A DNA stretch of 35,857 nt from Promethearchaeota archaeon. GTDB lineage: Archaea > Asgardarchaeota > Lokiarchaeia > Sigyniarchaeales > SOKP01. The stretch covers positions 1 to 35,857 of the forward strand of contig JAUVXW010000040.1 of the NCBI GenBank assembly GCA_030603385.1, read 5' to 3'. The notes under the pieces were generated by a model. The model worked only from the letters and a program-made list of their open reading frames with translations. It had not been told where the DNA came from and made no database searches. Of this stretch, positions 28,231-35,857 are shown in pieces. The position numbers and the translations under genes were made by a program. Each line of letters starts with the position of its first letter. The first letter of the stretch is position 1.

Positions 28231-29124
28231 ATGATCACTGGTTTTACAATTATATTAGAAGAGGATATTCTTTATTGTTCAGATAATAAAAAATATAATT
28301 CCTTTGAGATAATCCTATTTTTAGAAAAACTATTGCGCAGTATAAACCCTAGAAATACTTGGCGCTTGAAAAAAATTTGTTATAAGGATCAGAAAATAGG
28401 AAGAGAAAGAATAATTGTAAAACACATAGTTACAAAGAAACACCAGAACTTGTTTTTTTGTATTATTGGTAATTTTAATGTAGGATCTGAGGAAACCTTT
28501 AAAATTGTAAATGAATTTAGTAAGCAAGTTAAACTCCACTATAAAAATCTAGCTGAATTAAAAAATGCCTCTGAAGAATCTACATTCAATGATGTAATCT
28601 CTTTAATTACGACATATTTAAAGGATAAGTATACAGAACCATTAGAAGAAGAAGTAATTTTTAATGGAAATGAGAATAATTCTAAAAATACAATTCTTTA
28701 TGCAGGAATATCATCTCAAGGATTACCTATCATATCTCAACTTTATGATACAGATCTTCTTATGAATTTAGCACGAGAAAAAACCAATGAAAATATTGAG
28801 CTATTCACCTCAGATCTTTCTGCAAAATTAGAAACTATTTCGATGAATACTCAAATTCGAGCAAAAAAAAGAATAAAAGAAATCCATTTCATTGATAATG
28901 AAGATCTAAAATATAAAATGATTATCTTATTTGGAAATATTAATGGCTACTCATTAGATTTTGTTGCTTCCGGGAATTTCTACAAAATTAAGGCTATTTT
29001 TAAACAATTTAAATCTAAAATGTTATTAGATGCTATTTTTCTGAAGGAATTTGCAGGGGATTTAAAACCTTATAAACACTTAAAACAACATCTTAATGAA
29101 ATTGTTAAAGAATTTGATGAGTAA
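28231..29124 (+). CDS. Hypothetical protein, putative tandem longin-like domains
   Basis: Two ~140-aa halves with longin-like beta/alpha periodicity. The second starts ILYAGISSQGLPIIS and ends FAGDLKPY. Confidence 0.55.
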   Translation: MITGFTIILEEDILYCSDNKKYNSFEIILFLEKLLRSINPRNTWRLKKICYKDQKIGRERIIVKHIVTKKHQNLFFCIIGNFNVGSEETFKIVNEFSKQVKLHYKNLAELKNASEESTFNDVISLITTYLKDKYTEPLEEEVIFNGNENNSKNTILYAGISSQGLPIISQLYDTDLLMNLAREKTNENIELFTSDLSAKLETISMNTQIRAKKRIKEIHFIDNEDLKYKMIILFGNINGYSLDFVASGNFYKIKAIFKQFKSKMLLDAIFLKEFAGDLKPYKHLKQHLNEIVKEFDE

Positions 29125-29205
29125 ATTACATAAATCTTACCTATTAAAGCAGTCATATTAGCTGCAGGTGAGGGAAAGATTATAAAAAAATCCAATCTAA
29201 ATTGA
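29117..29205 (+). pseudogene. Relic N-terminus of a sugar-phosphate nucleotidyltransferase
   Basis: 29143-29178 reads IKAVILAAGEGK. An ATG at 29117 overlapping the upstream stop is one base out of frame; a stop follows within 8 codons. Confidence 0.6.
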
Positions 29206-29215
29206 TTATTAGCTT

Positions 29216-30961
29216 TTATTGAATTACCATATCTACTTGCATTTCTTGATTTTTCCTTTTTTTAAATTCACGTAATAATTTTGAAAATTTCTGTGGTTTA
29301 CCCTTATAATTAAGTTCTCTAAGAGCTTGTTCTTGATAAGCAATGAAGAGCCTATTAGATAATTCTTCCCAATCACGACAAATTGCTAAAGTTTTTTGAT
29401 CATTTCTAAGAAGACTATCATGAGATATTATTCTTGTGAATTCTGATACATATTTTTCAATAAGATCTGAGTCAGCTCCTTTTAGTAAATCTCTACAAAA
29501 GTCGTCTGCAGGATACCAATAGTTTACTCTAGAAAGATCTCGATGAATCTGAGTGAGGAGGACGTTTCTTGGTCCCTCCCACAATTCCATAATCATAGAA
29601 TCACGATGTAATCGTGGAAAAGATAAAAAATCTTCCATAATCCCATGACCTCCAAAAAATGAAATTGCTTTTCGTATCATTGCTGGAGCTTCATCAGCAA
29701 CTACGATTTTTTGCAACATTATTAATTCACGTAATCTAAAGCGGTGTTTGCGTTCCTCGATGTTATCTATTTTTTCTAATTCTCTTATCCCACTAATCAG
29801 TTCTTCTCCAAAATGAATATACTCTGAATATACTTTAAATACTCCAGCAGCACTTCTCTTAGAATAATGATCTAAATCATTTATTTGGTTAATCATTAAT
29901 GGAAACGAAGAAATCGGAACATCAAAAGCAGTTCTAAATTGTGAATATAATATTGCTTCTCTTGCGACCCGTAAAGCACCAGCAGCCATTCCAAAAGCCA
30001 CATGAATTCTAGACAGTGAAAGAACAATCCCAACAATATCAGCAAGACCCTTTTCAAGAGGACCGATAGGATATGCTACTGCTCCGTTATAAGTAATTTC
30101 TGCTGTTGGTAACTCCGCAGTTCCCAACTTTTGTTTTAATCTATCAATAGTGAAGGAGTTTCTTATTTCTCTTTCTTTATTTCCAGGAAACCAGGAAGGA
30201 ACAACAAAAGCAGCAACTCTAGTAGAGGATTCTACTCCTTTTGGTTTTGCTGTAACAATAGCATAATCAGCATGGGTTGCAGAACAGAAAAATTTTTGCC
30301 CATATAACCTCCAACAATTTGAAATTCCATCCGAACCCTCTTCTTTTTCGAAAACAACTTCTACAAGATTAGCAGGAACGTCACTTCCACCTTGAATTTC
30401 GCTTACAAATTGTGCGCCTACAGCATATTCTCCTTTTTTTCCATCTCGAATATGCTTAAGAATTTTCTTCGCTTCAGGGCCCAATGTATCCTCATATTTT
30501 TGCATAAGTTCAACAGCTCCGTGTGAACACGCCACAGGGCACATAACACCTGCTTCTCCATTCTCGTATAGTAAAAACATTTTAATAAATCTACTCCAAG
30601 GAGTATTTCTTACAGGATCAAAAAGACCAAGACTGAAAACTTCTTGTTCTAATGTTTCAGTTTCCAAACAGCGTTCAATTCTATCTATTCTATGATTATG
30701 AGCATCGTAGTGTCTAAGTTTTGTCACTTTTATTCGATTTTCTAACTCATTTGCTTTTTCAGCAAGATTTCTAAATCTAAAAGAAACATAATCTGAGAGC
30801 GCTCTAAGATCCCGATCAATTTGTTCAAACTCATCCCCGGTATATTTCCTAACTAATGCTTGGAAAAAATCATCATCAGAGTAATAGTTGAAATTGTCTC
30901 TTACAAACAAATAATCATCAAAATTATATTGATTATTACGGTTTCCCTCTTGATTTGACAT
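29216..30961 (-). CDS. Acyl-CoA dehydrogenase (AidB-like)
   Basis: Motifs CPVAC, AQFVSEIQGGSDV, KFFCS, LKQKLGT...TAEI, R.AF, FGGHG and WEGPRNV. Confidence 0.92.
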   Translation of the reverse strand: MSNQEGNRNNQYNFDDYLFVRDNFNYYSDDDFFQALVRKYTGDEFEQIDRDLRALSDYVSFRFRNLAEKANELENRIKVTKLRHYDAHNHRIDRIERCLETETLEQEVFSLGLFDPVRNTPWSRFIKMFLLYENGEAGVMCPVACSHGAVELMQKYEDTLGPEAKKILKHIRDGKKGEYAVGAQFVSEIQGGSDVPANLVEVVFEKEEGSDGISNCWRLYGQKFFCSATHADYAIVTAKPKGVESSTRVAAFVVPSWFPGNKEREIRNSFTIDRLKQKLGTAELPTAEITYNGAVAYPIGPLEKGLADIVGIVLSLSRIHVAFGMAAGALRVAREAILYSQFRTAFDVPISSFPLMINQINDLDHYSKRSAAGVFKVYSEYIHFGEELISGIRELEKIDNIEERKHRFRLRELIMLQKIVVADEAPAMIRKAISFFGGHGIMEDFLSFPRLHRDSMIMELWEGPRNVLLTQIHRDLSRVNYWYPADDFCRDLLKGADSDLIEKYVSEFTRIISHDSLLRNDQKTLAICRDWEELSNRLFIAYQEQALRELNYKGKPQKFSKLLREFKKRKNQEMQVDMVIQ

Positions 30962-31121
30962 TATTTTTACCTAATTCTTAATATTTTTAAGAGCTATTAA
31001 AATAATAGGTTAGAATTAATATTAATATATGAATTAGAGAATAAATTACTTTACTCATAAAAATGATATAACAAGTATTCTTAATTATTTAAAAGCTTAA
31101 AATAAGATAATAGTAGTAGTA

Positions 31122-31928
31122 TTAGGAACTTTTTTCTTCTTTATTACTCTCTTCACTTTTTTCTGATGAATCTGATTTAACAGTTCGCCGTGAAGTGTTT
31201 GTTCTGGTTTGAGTAAGTTTCTTAACATTTATTCTTTCAGAGCGTCTTATTTCTGATTTTCGAGATCTTTTAACATCGACTTCAATAATTTCAAATTGAT
31301 CATCAGGGATTACCTTATCTTCTCCACCTTCAGGAATAGATAGAAGTTTACTCTTAACTACGACACAATTTGTTAAGGGATAAATTGTTTTAGCCACTCT
31401 CTGAATTTGATTTTTAAATTCTCCATAAATTACACCCGCTATAAATTTCTCATGGTCAAGTGATTTAGCAAATTCCCTTAAAATCTCTCTCATAATTTTA
31501 CGAATTAAAACAATTTGGGAATTTCTTGCTCTTTTTAAAGTTGTACAAATTGTAGTTAATCGAAAAATGTATCCATCCTTAGTAGTTAAATTTAAAATCG
31601 TTTGTACTTTTGAACTACCTCTACCGACTAATGATCGTATGAAATCATTTGTGTATTGATGTCCGATAAAAATAGCATTGCATTTTTTCGCTTCATTATT
31701 CACATCACTAACTTGAAATTTTAGCTTCAAACTAATATCAGAATATTTTCCAGTGAAATCAAAAAGAAGAGTTTCAATAGTTCTTCCCATTACATTATCC
31801 TCGAAACCTAGAATTTCACCAATAGGTTTAAAATTGAATATCTTTGGTGTAATTATTTGGTACCAGGATTTATCTTTAAAGGAAACTTTTTTAAGGCTTG
31901 GTTTTTTTTTTCTTGCTCTCGAACTCAC
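31122..31928 (-). CDS. rps3ae: 30S ribosomal protein S3Ae (eS1) with long charged C-terminal extension
   Basis: Motifs KSWYQI.TP.F, GRTIET, DFIRSLV.RGSSK and IYPL. Start placed at GTG 31928 after a GGAGG RBS, not at 31952. Confidence 0.93.
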   Translation of the reverse strand: MSSRARKKKPSLKKVSFKDKSWYQIITPKIFNFKPIGEILGFEDNVMGRTIETLLFDFTGKYSDISLKLKFQVSDVNNEAKKCNAIFIGHQYTNDFIRSLVGRGSSKVQTILNLTTKDGYIFRLTTICTTLKRARNSQIVLIRKIMREILREFAKSLDHEKFIAGVIYGEFKNQIQRVAKTIYPLTNCVVVKSKLLSIPEGGEDKVIPDDQFEIIEVDVKRSRKSEIRRSERINVKKLTQTRTNTSRRTVKSDSSEKSEESNKEEKSS

Positions 31929-31941
31929 TTTTAGTCCTCCC

Positions 31942-32400
31942 TTATCTCGCAACTAGTGTTCTAATTTTCTCTGGGTCATATTTAAAATCAGCAGCTAATA
32001 CTTTTTTCTTTTTATAGTATTTAATTAGTCGATATATTTTAGCTTCAGTTCTATTTAGACCTTTTTTAGTTTCTAAATCTTTATGATTGTTCTCGAGGTG
32101 TTTTCTAATATTTAATGCTCTTGTTACTAAATTGGATAAGTCTTCCGGAAGTGGTTCTTTGATATCATTTGATTCAAGAATTTGACTAACCTTTTTACCT
32201 GCCACAATTTTAACCAAGGGTACTCCACGAGAATCTCTCATAATAGTACCTATCATTGATTTTGAATGTCCTCTTCTAGCTAACTTAACAACTTCATTCT
32301 CAACTTCACCGGGACTTAATTCCACCCAAACGGGTTTCTCGAGTCTAGCAGGTCTAGTGGAACCACTTTTTCCTTTCTTTCTGCTATGCATCCGAGCCAT
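31942..32400 (-). CDS. rps15: 30S ribosomal protein S15 (uS15, archaeal/eukaryotic S13-like)
   Basis: Motifs MARMHSRKKGKSGS, IG..MRDS.G.P, PEDL and KIYRL.KYYK. Confidence 0.97.
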   Translation of the reverse strand: MARMHSRKKGKSGSTRPARLEKPVWVELSPGEVENEVVKLARRGHSKSMIGTIMRDSRGVPLVKIVAGKKVSQILESNDIKEPLPEDLSNLVTRALNIRKHLENNHKDLETKKGLNRTEAKIYRLIKYYKKKKVLAADFKYDPEKIRTLVAR

Positions 32401-32625
32401 TTTTCGCTCATCTAATCTATTGCTTTAGAGATTTTTAAAATATTATTATACCAAAAATAAAGAAATATACAAAATAAAGTTTTGGATAAAGCTCTGGAAA
32501 GGTACTAAATTTATTTTTAAAATCAAAAAATTATTCAGTACTTAAAACAGAATTCAAAATATCTTCATTGAGCTTTTTATTTAGATTTAAAAAATAACTA
32601 AAAATATTGCATAATTATAGTATTT

Positions 32626-33210
32626 ATGACCAATAATGAAAACACTGTTTACTTTATTACTGGAAATAAATATAAATTTCGAGAAGTTTCTGAAATTTTC
32701 AAGAAAAAGAAGATAAAGTATGACTTAGAACAAAAAGATATTAAAACGACTGAAATACAAGCTCAAACGTTAAAAGATGTAGCTTTATTTAAATTAAATA
32801 GCGTAAAATGCAAAATGAAAGGTTCCTTTTTCATAGAAGATGCTGGCTTTTTTGTAGATATCCCCCTTGAAGGATTCCCCGGGGTATATTCTTCATATGT
32901 ATTAAAGACTATAGGCAATGAGGGAATACTTAAATTGATTAATGATTTTGATAGGTCAGTAGCTCATTTCTCAGCAATTATCGCATTTTATTTTAAACCA
33001 ATTGATAAAACTTTATTTTTTGAAGGACTAGTTGAAGGAAAAGTTTCAAAAACAATCAGAGGTAAAGGAGGATTCGGATTTGACCCTATATTTATCCCGA
33101 ATATCATCTTAGATAAAACCTTTGCTGAGCTATCTACTGAGGAAAAGAATAAAATTTCCCATAGAGGTCAAGCATTAGGAAAATTATTAGAATTCTTAGA
33201 AAAGAATTGA
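32626..33210 (+). CDS. rdgB: Non-canonical purine NTP pyrophosphatase (RdgB/HAM1)
   Basis: Motifs TGN..K..E, EDAG, GFPGVYS, GFGFDPIF and KNKISHRG. Confidence 0.95.
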   Translation: MTNNENTVYFITGNKYKFREVSEIFKKKKIKYDLEQKDIKTTEIQAQTLKDVALFKLNSVKCKMKGSFFIEDAGFFVDIPLEGFPGVYSSYVLKTIGNEGILKLINDFDRSVAHFSAIIAFYFKPIDKTLFFEGLVEGKVSKTIRGKGGFGFDPIFIPNIILDKTFAELSTEEKNKISHRGQALGKLLEFLEKN

Positions 33211-33229
33211 AAAAAAAGGGATTAGATAT

Positions 33230-33961
33230 TTAAATTTCTCCTATTTTTAAATAATTTAAAATTTTGAGGTAGATATCTCTTTCAGCATCCTTTTTATTAC
33301 CAAATGCATTTGATTTAAGATCCTCAGGGAGTTTAATTAATATTTCTTGTGTATATCTCTCGACTATTTGCGGGTTTTTTGCTATCCAATTTGGATCATG
33401 TTCATAACCACTTTTGTCATACTCAAGTTTAATTATAATACCAGTTTTGAATTTTTCCTGTAAGAATTCTAATAATTCATTTTTATTATTTGGTATTGAA
33501 TTCTCAATAATTGAATCTAAATCCTCATAGAAGGGATTAATCATTTTTTCTTCAACTATAGTGAAGTCATATTCCGAATCAAAAAAAATTGCTCCACATA
33601 TAGCTTCAAATACATCAGCTAAAATCCTTGTTCCCTTAACTGGTTGTTTCTCAGTTTTAAATATAAACTCTTGTAAATTCATTCTATTTGCAACTCTTCT
33701 TAAGGCTTTATCGCTTTCTAAGGAGGCTTTTATTTTTGTAATATTACCAGGATCTTTTATTCCTTGATGATATAATTTTAATATAAAAACAATTTTAATA
33801 ACAGCGTCTCCCAGTGTTTCTAAAAACTCATAGTCCGGTTTCCCTAATTCGTTTCCTAGCCTTGGAGTAGTTAGTGCTTCAGCTAGAAGTTGTTCATTGT
33901 TAAACTTGTAATATATAAATTCCTGGAATTTTCTTAATTTTTCTTTCATAATCTCAAGCAT
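33230..33961 (-). CDS. rnc: Ribonuclease III with C-terminal dsRBD-like domain
   Basis: Motifs LL.EALT, signature YEFLETLGDAV and LADVFEA..GAIFFDS; dsRBD-like NNKNELLEFLQ...G..HDP.W...KKDAE. Confidence 0.88.
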   Translation of the reverse strand: MLEIMKEKLRKFQEFIYYKFNNEQLLAEALTTPRLGNELGKPDYEFLETLGDAVIKIVFILKLYHQGIKDPGNITKIKASLESDKALRRVANRMNLQEFIFKTEKQPVKGTRILADVFEAICGAIFFDSEYDFTIVEEKMINPFYEDLDSIIENSIPNNKNELLEFLQEKFKTGIIIKLEYDKSGYEHDPNWIAKNPQIVERYTQEILIKLPEDLKSNAFGNKKDAERDIYLKILNYLKIGEI

Positions 33962-34020
33962 TTCTATTTAACAATTATTTTCAGTTAAATTTAAAAATTT
34001 AGAGAAAACTTAATTTATAT

Positions 34021-34443
34021 ATGGAAAGAGGAAATAAGGATGAAATTCTCAATATGATTAAGGAGATTGAGAAAAAGAATTCAGAAATAGAAAAATATCT
34101 CTCAAGATTATCAATTTTATCAAGAAATGAGACTCTTAAGAATATAATGAATAACATAATTGAATCTAATAGCATTTTACAAGAAATAGAAAAATCTAAA
34201 GGAAAACATCTACATACAGAAGTAAAAGAACAAGTAAATGCGTTACAGTATCTCGTCGATAATTTTATTTCTAAAATTCAAGAAAAGCCTACAAAAAAAA
34301 TCATTTACTTGAGAGAGTTTCTTGAAAACTTTCCATCAATATCTAGTAATGATAAGGATGTAATCATAAACTCATTAAAGGATGAAAAAAATAAAGATAA
34401 ACTAAGAGAAAAAATGAGTTCCTTAGTTAGTATTTTCTTATAA
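34021..34443 (+). CDS. Hypothetical helical/coiled-coil protein
   Basis: 140-aa ORF with heptad-rich N-terminus. Confidence 0.65.
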   Translation: MERGNKDEILNMIKEIEKKNSEIEKYLSRLSILSRNETLKNIMNNIIESNSILQEIEKSKGKHLHTEVKEQVNALQYLVDNFISKIQEKPTKKIIYLREFLENFPSISSNDKDVIINSLKDEKNKDKLREKMSSLVSIFL

Positions 34444-34460
34444 ATCTTTCAATTTGTAGG

Positions 34461-34856
34461 TTATAAACTAAATAGTTGGAGCAATATAAGTATATGTTTT
34501 ATACCTCTTATTTTTATCCTAAAAGTCAGAATTTTTCCTACGACCTTTCCAAGAGATATATCATCACTTTCGAGAATTTCTAGAAAGGTTGAGGTTTTGG
34601 TTTGTAATAACCCGTCCCAACCAACGATTTTCTTTTTCAAATTCTTTTTTGGTTTATTCTTTATTCCTTCAACATAAATAGTACCCTTATCTATAGCGAG
34701 TAATGCTGCATATTTTCCGTCTTTTGCGTTTAAAAGAACTTTCAGTTCAGTATCTTTGAATCTTTCTTTAAATTTTTCATTATCATTTAAAGGTTCAACT
34801 AGCTTAGATACAATTCCAGCGAAACCACGCAGTTTTTTCTTTTTTTCATCAGACAT
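34461..34856 (-). CDS. SCP2 sterol-carrier-like lipid-binding protein
   Basis: IDKG.I.V...TFLEIL...IKIRG pattern typical of the SCP2 fold (judged by eye). Confidence 0.55.
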   Translation of the reverse strand: MSDEKKKKLRGFAGIVSKLVEPLNDNEKFKERFKDTELKVLLNAKDGKYAALLAIDKGTIYVEGIKNKPKKNLKKKIVGWDGLLQTKTSTFLEILESDDISLGKVVGKILTFRIKIRGIKHILILLQLFSL

Positions 34857-35025
34857 GATAATCAGTAAATTATAATGTTCTAGCTTTTTTTATACTTTAA
34901 TTTCATCTCAACTAATTTAAAGTTTTAAAATATCCCTATTTAGTATTAATAATTCAAAACTTAAGTGTAAGAAATATTAAAACATCTATAAAGAATACGA
35001 AAAATTTCTCTTTTTCCTCCTAAGT

Positions 35026-35277
35026 CTAGTATGCATCGCCATCCGAGCCTGAGAATAGATCTTCGTAAGCTTTTCGATCATCGCTAGATATTCTATCTCC
35101 TTTCAATCCTTCTTTTACTATGATCGGGGCGGATTCTTTTTCATCGTGACGGATTTTCTTTTGAATTTTATATCCTTCTTGATTTTTACCTAAGTCAAAT
35201 TCCTCTTCACAGGCTTTGCAATATAGTTTTTTGTTTTTTGGGATAAGCATATTGCCGCAATTGTCGCAAAATTTCAT
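35026..35277 (-). CDS. TFS/RpoM-like protein with N-terminal Zn ribbon only
   Basis: Begins MKFCDNCGNMLIP...LYCKAC; no C-terminal TFIIS Zn ribbon or ADE motif. Confidence 0.8.
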   Translation of the reverse strand: MKFCDNCGNMLIPKNKKLYCKACEEEFDLGKNQEGYKIQKKIRHDEKESAPIIVKEGLKGDRISSDDRKAYEDLFSGSDGDAY

Positions 35278-35659
35278 AGATTACACCTTAATTCCGTTTT
35301 TTGTTATATTATCCTATTAAACTTTTCGGTTTACTACGCTATTTCTAATCTATTTTAACAATTTCAGAATTAAAAAAACAAATACCACTTATAAATTTAT
35401 CCTTTCTATTAACTTATGTGTTGACGTTTCAAACTAATTTCATATAAGTCTACACAACTCATATTAATAAATCTTTTGTTCGATTTGTTAATCTGATGTT
35501 AAGTTTGTGTCTTAAATTTTAAAGAAAAAATTGTTTTGATAATACTAGAAGATATGTCAAATTATTAACTATTTAACTAGAAAAGAAATTTAAGATTAGT
35601 AAAATCACTATTACTTATAAAAAATCGATAATAAAAAAAATTAGGAAAAAGGGGACTTT

Positions 35660-35857
35660 ATGATAAGCATTAATAATATTGAAAACATAAAAATTATTGC
35701 CCATAGAGGAGCAAGCAACATTGCCCCTGAAAATACTTTAAAAGCATTTCAAAAAGCAATTGATTTAAAAGCTGATTACATAGAATTTGATGTTCACAAT
35801 AGAACAGAACTATAAATTGTTTTAATGAATGATGGTAATACTTATAGAACTACTGGG
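35660..35857 (+). pseudogene. Glycerophosphodiester phosphodiesterase N-terminus, with in-frame TAA; runs off the window
   Basis: Reads [19 protein letters not shown]...[25 protein letters not shown], with TAA at 35813-35815. Confidence 0.7.

Noticed and set aside
1665-33767. Short ORFs overlapping longer genes (1665, 2586, 3356, 4311, 5166, 6316, 7900, 10741, 14702, 15576, 15632, 19517, 21773, 22466, 27262, 28330, 31753, 33561)
   Set aside because: These are antisense or off-frame shadows of better-supported genes, with no motifs of their own.
1-35857. Alternative genetic code explaining the in-frame stops
   Set aside because: TGA, TAA and TAG all terminate conserved genes normally here, and only isolated interruptions occur.

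Overview
This AT-rich window is archaeal chromosomal DNA, most likely from an Asgard archaeon (Lokiarchaeia/Promethearchaeota). That assignment is inferred from archaeal uS15/eS1 and PGK, a DGGGP-synthase-like UbiA protein, a Loki-CTERM-like C-terminal anchor and several longin/roadblock-like proteins. It holds about 37 protein genes and a tRNA-Val(GAC). Gene groups include lipid/acyl metabolism (acyl-CoA ligase, SDR, acyl-CoA dehydrogenase, SCP2-like), glgP, dus, mtnA, pgk, a nickel-pincer locus (larB, larC, His-rich NikR, AlkP-like gene), a short alpha3-type histone, Sir2 plus a radical SAM gene, RNase III and a TFS/RpoM paralogue lacking its catalytic ribbon. No integrase, transposase, reverse transcriptase or CRISPR array was seen. 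The main leads are: candidate eukaryote-like GTPase-regulator folds (tandem longin, longin-roadblock fusion, Zn-ribbon plus DENN-like); the lar/NikR locus; a promoter module present three times around a hydrolase lacking its catalytic serine; a 7-blade surface propeller with variable loops; and three broken reading frames missed by the ORF track. All family calls come from motifs recognised by eye, not from database searches.
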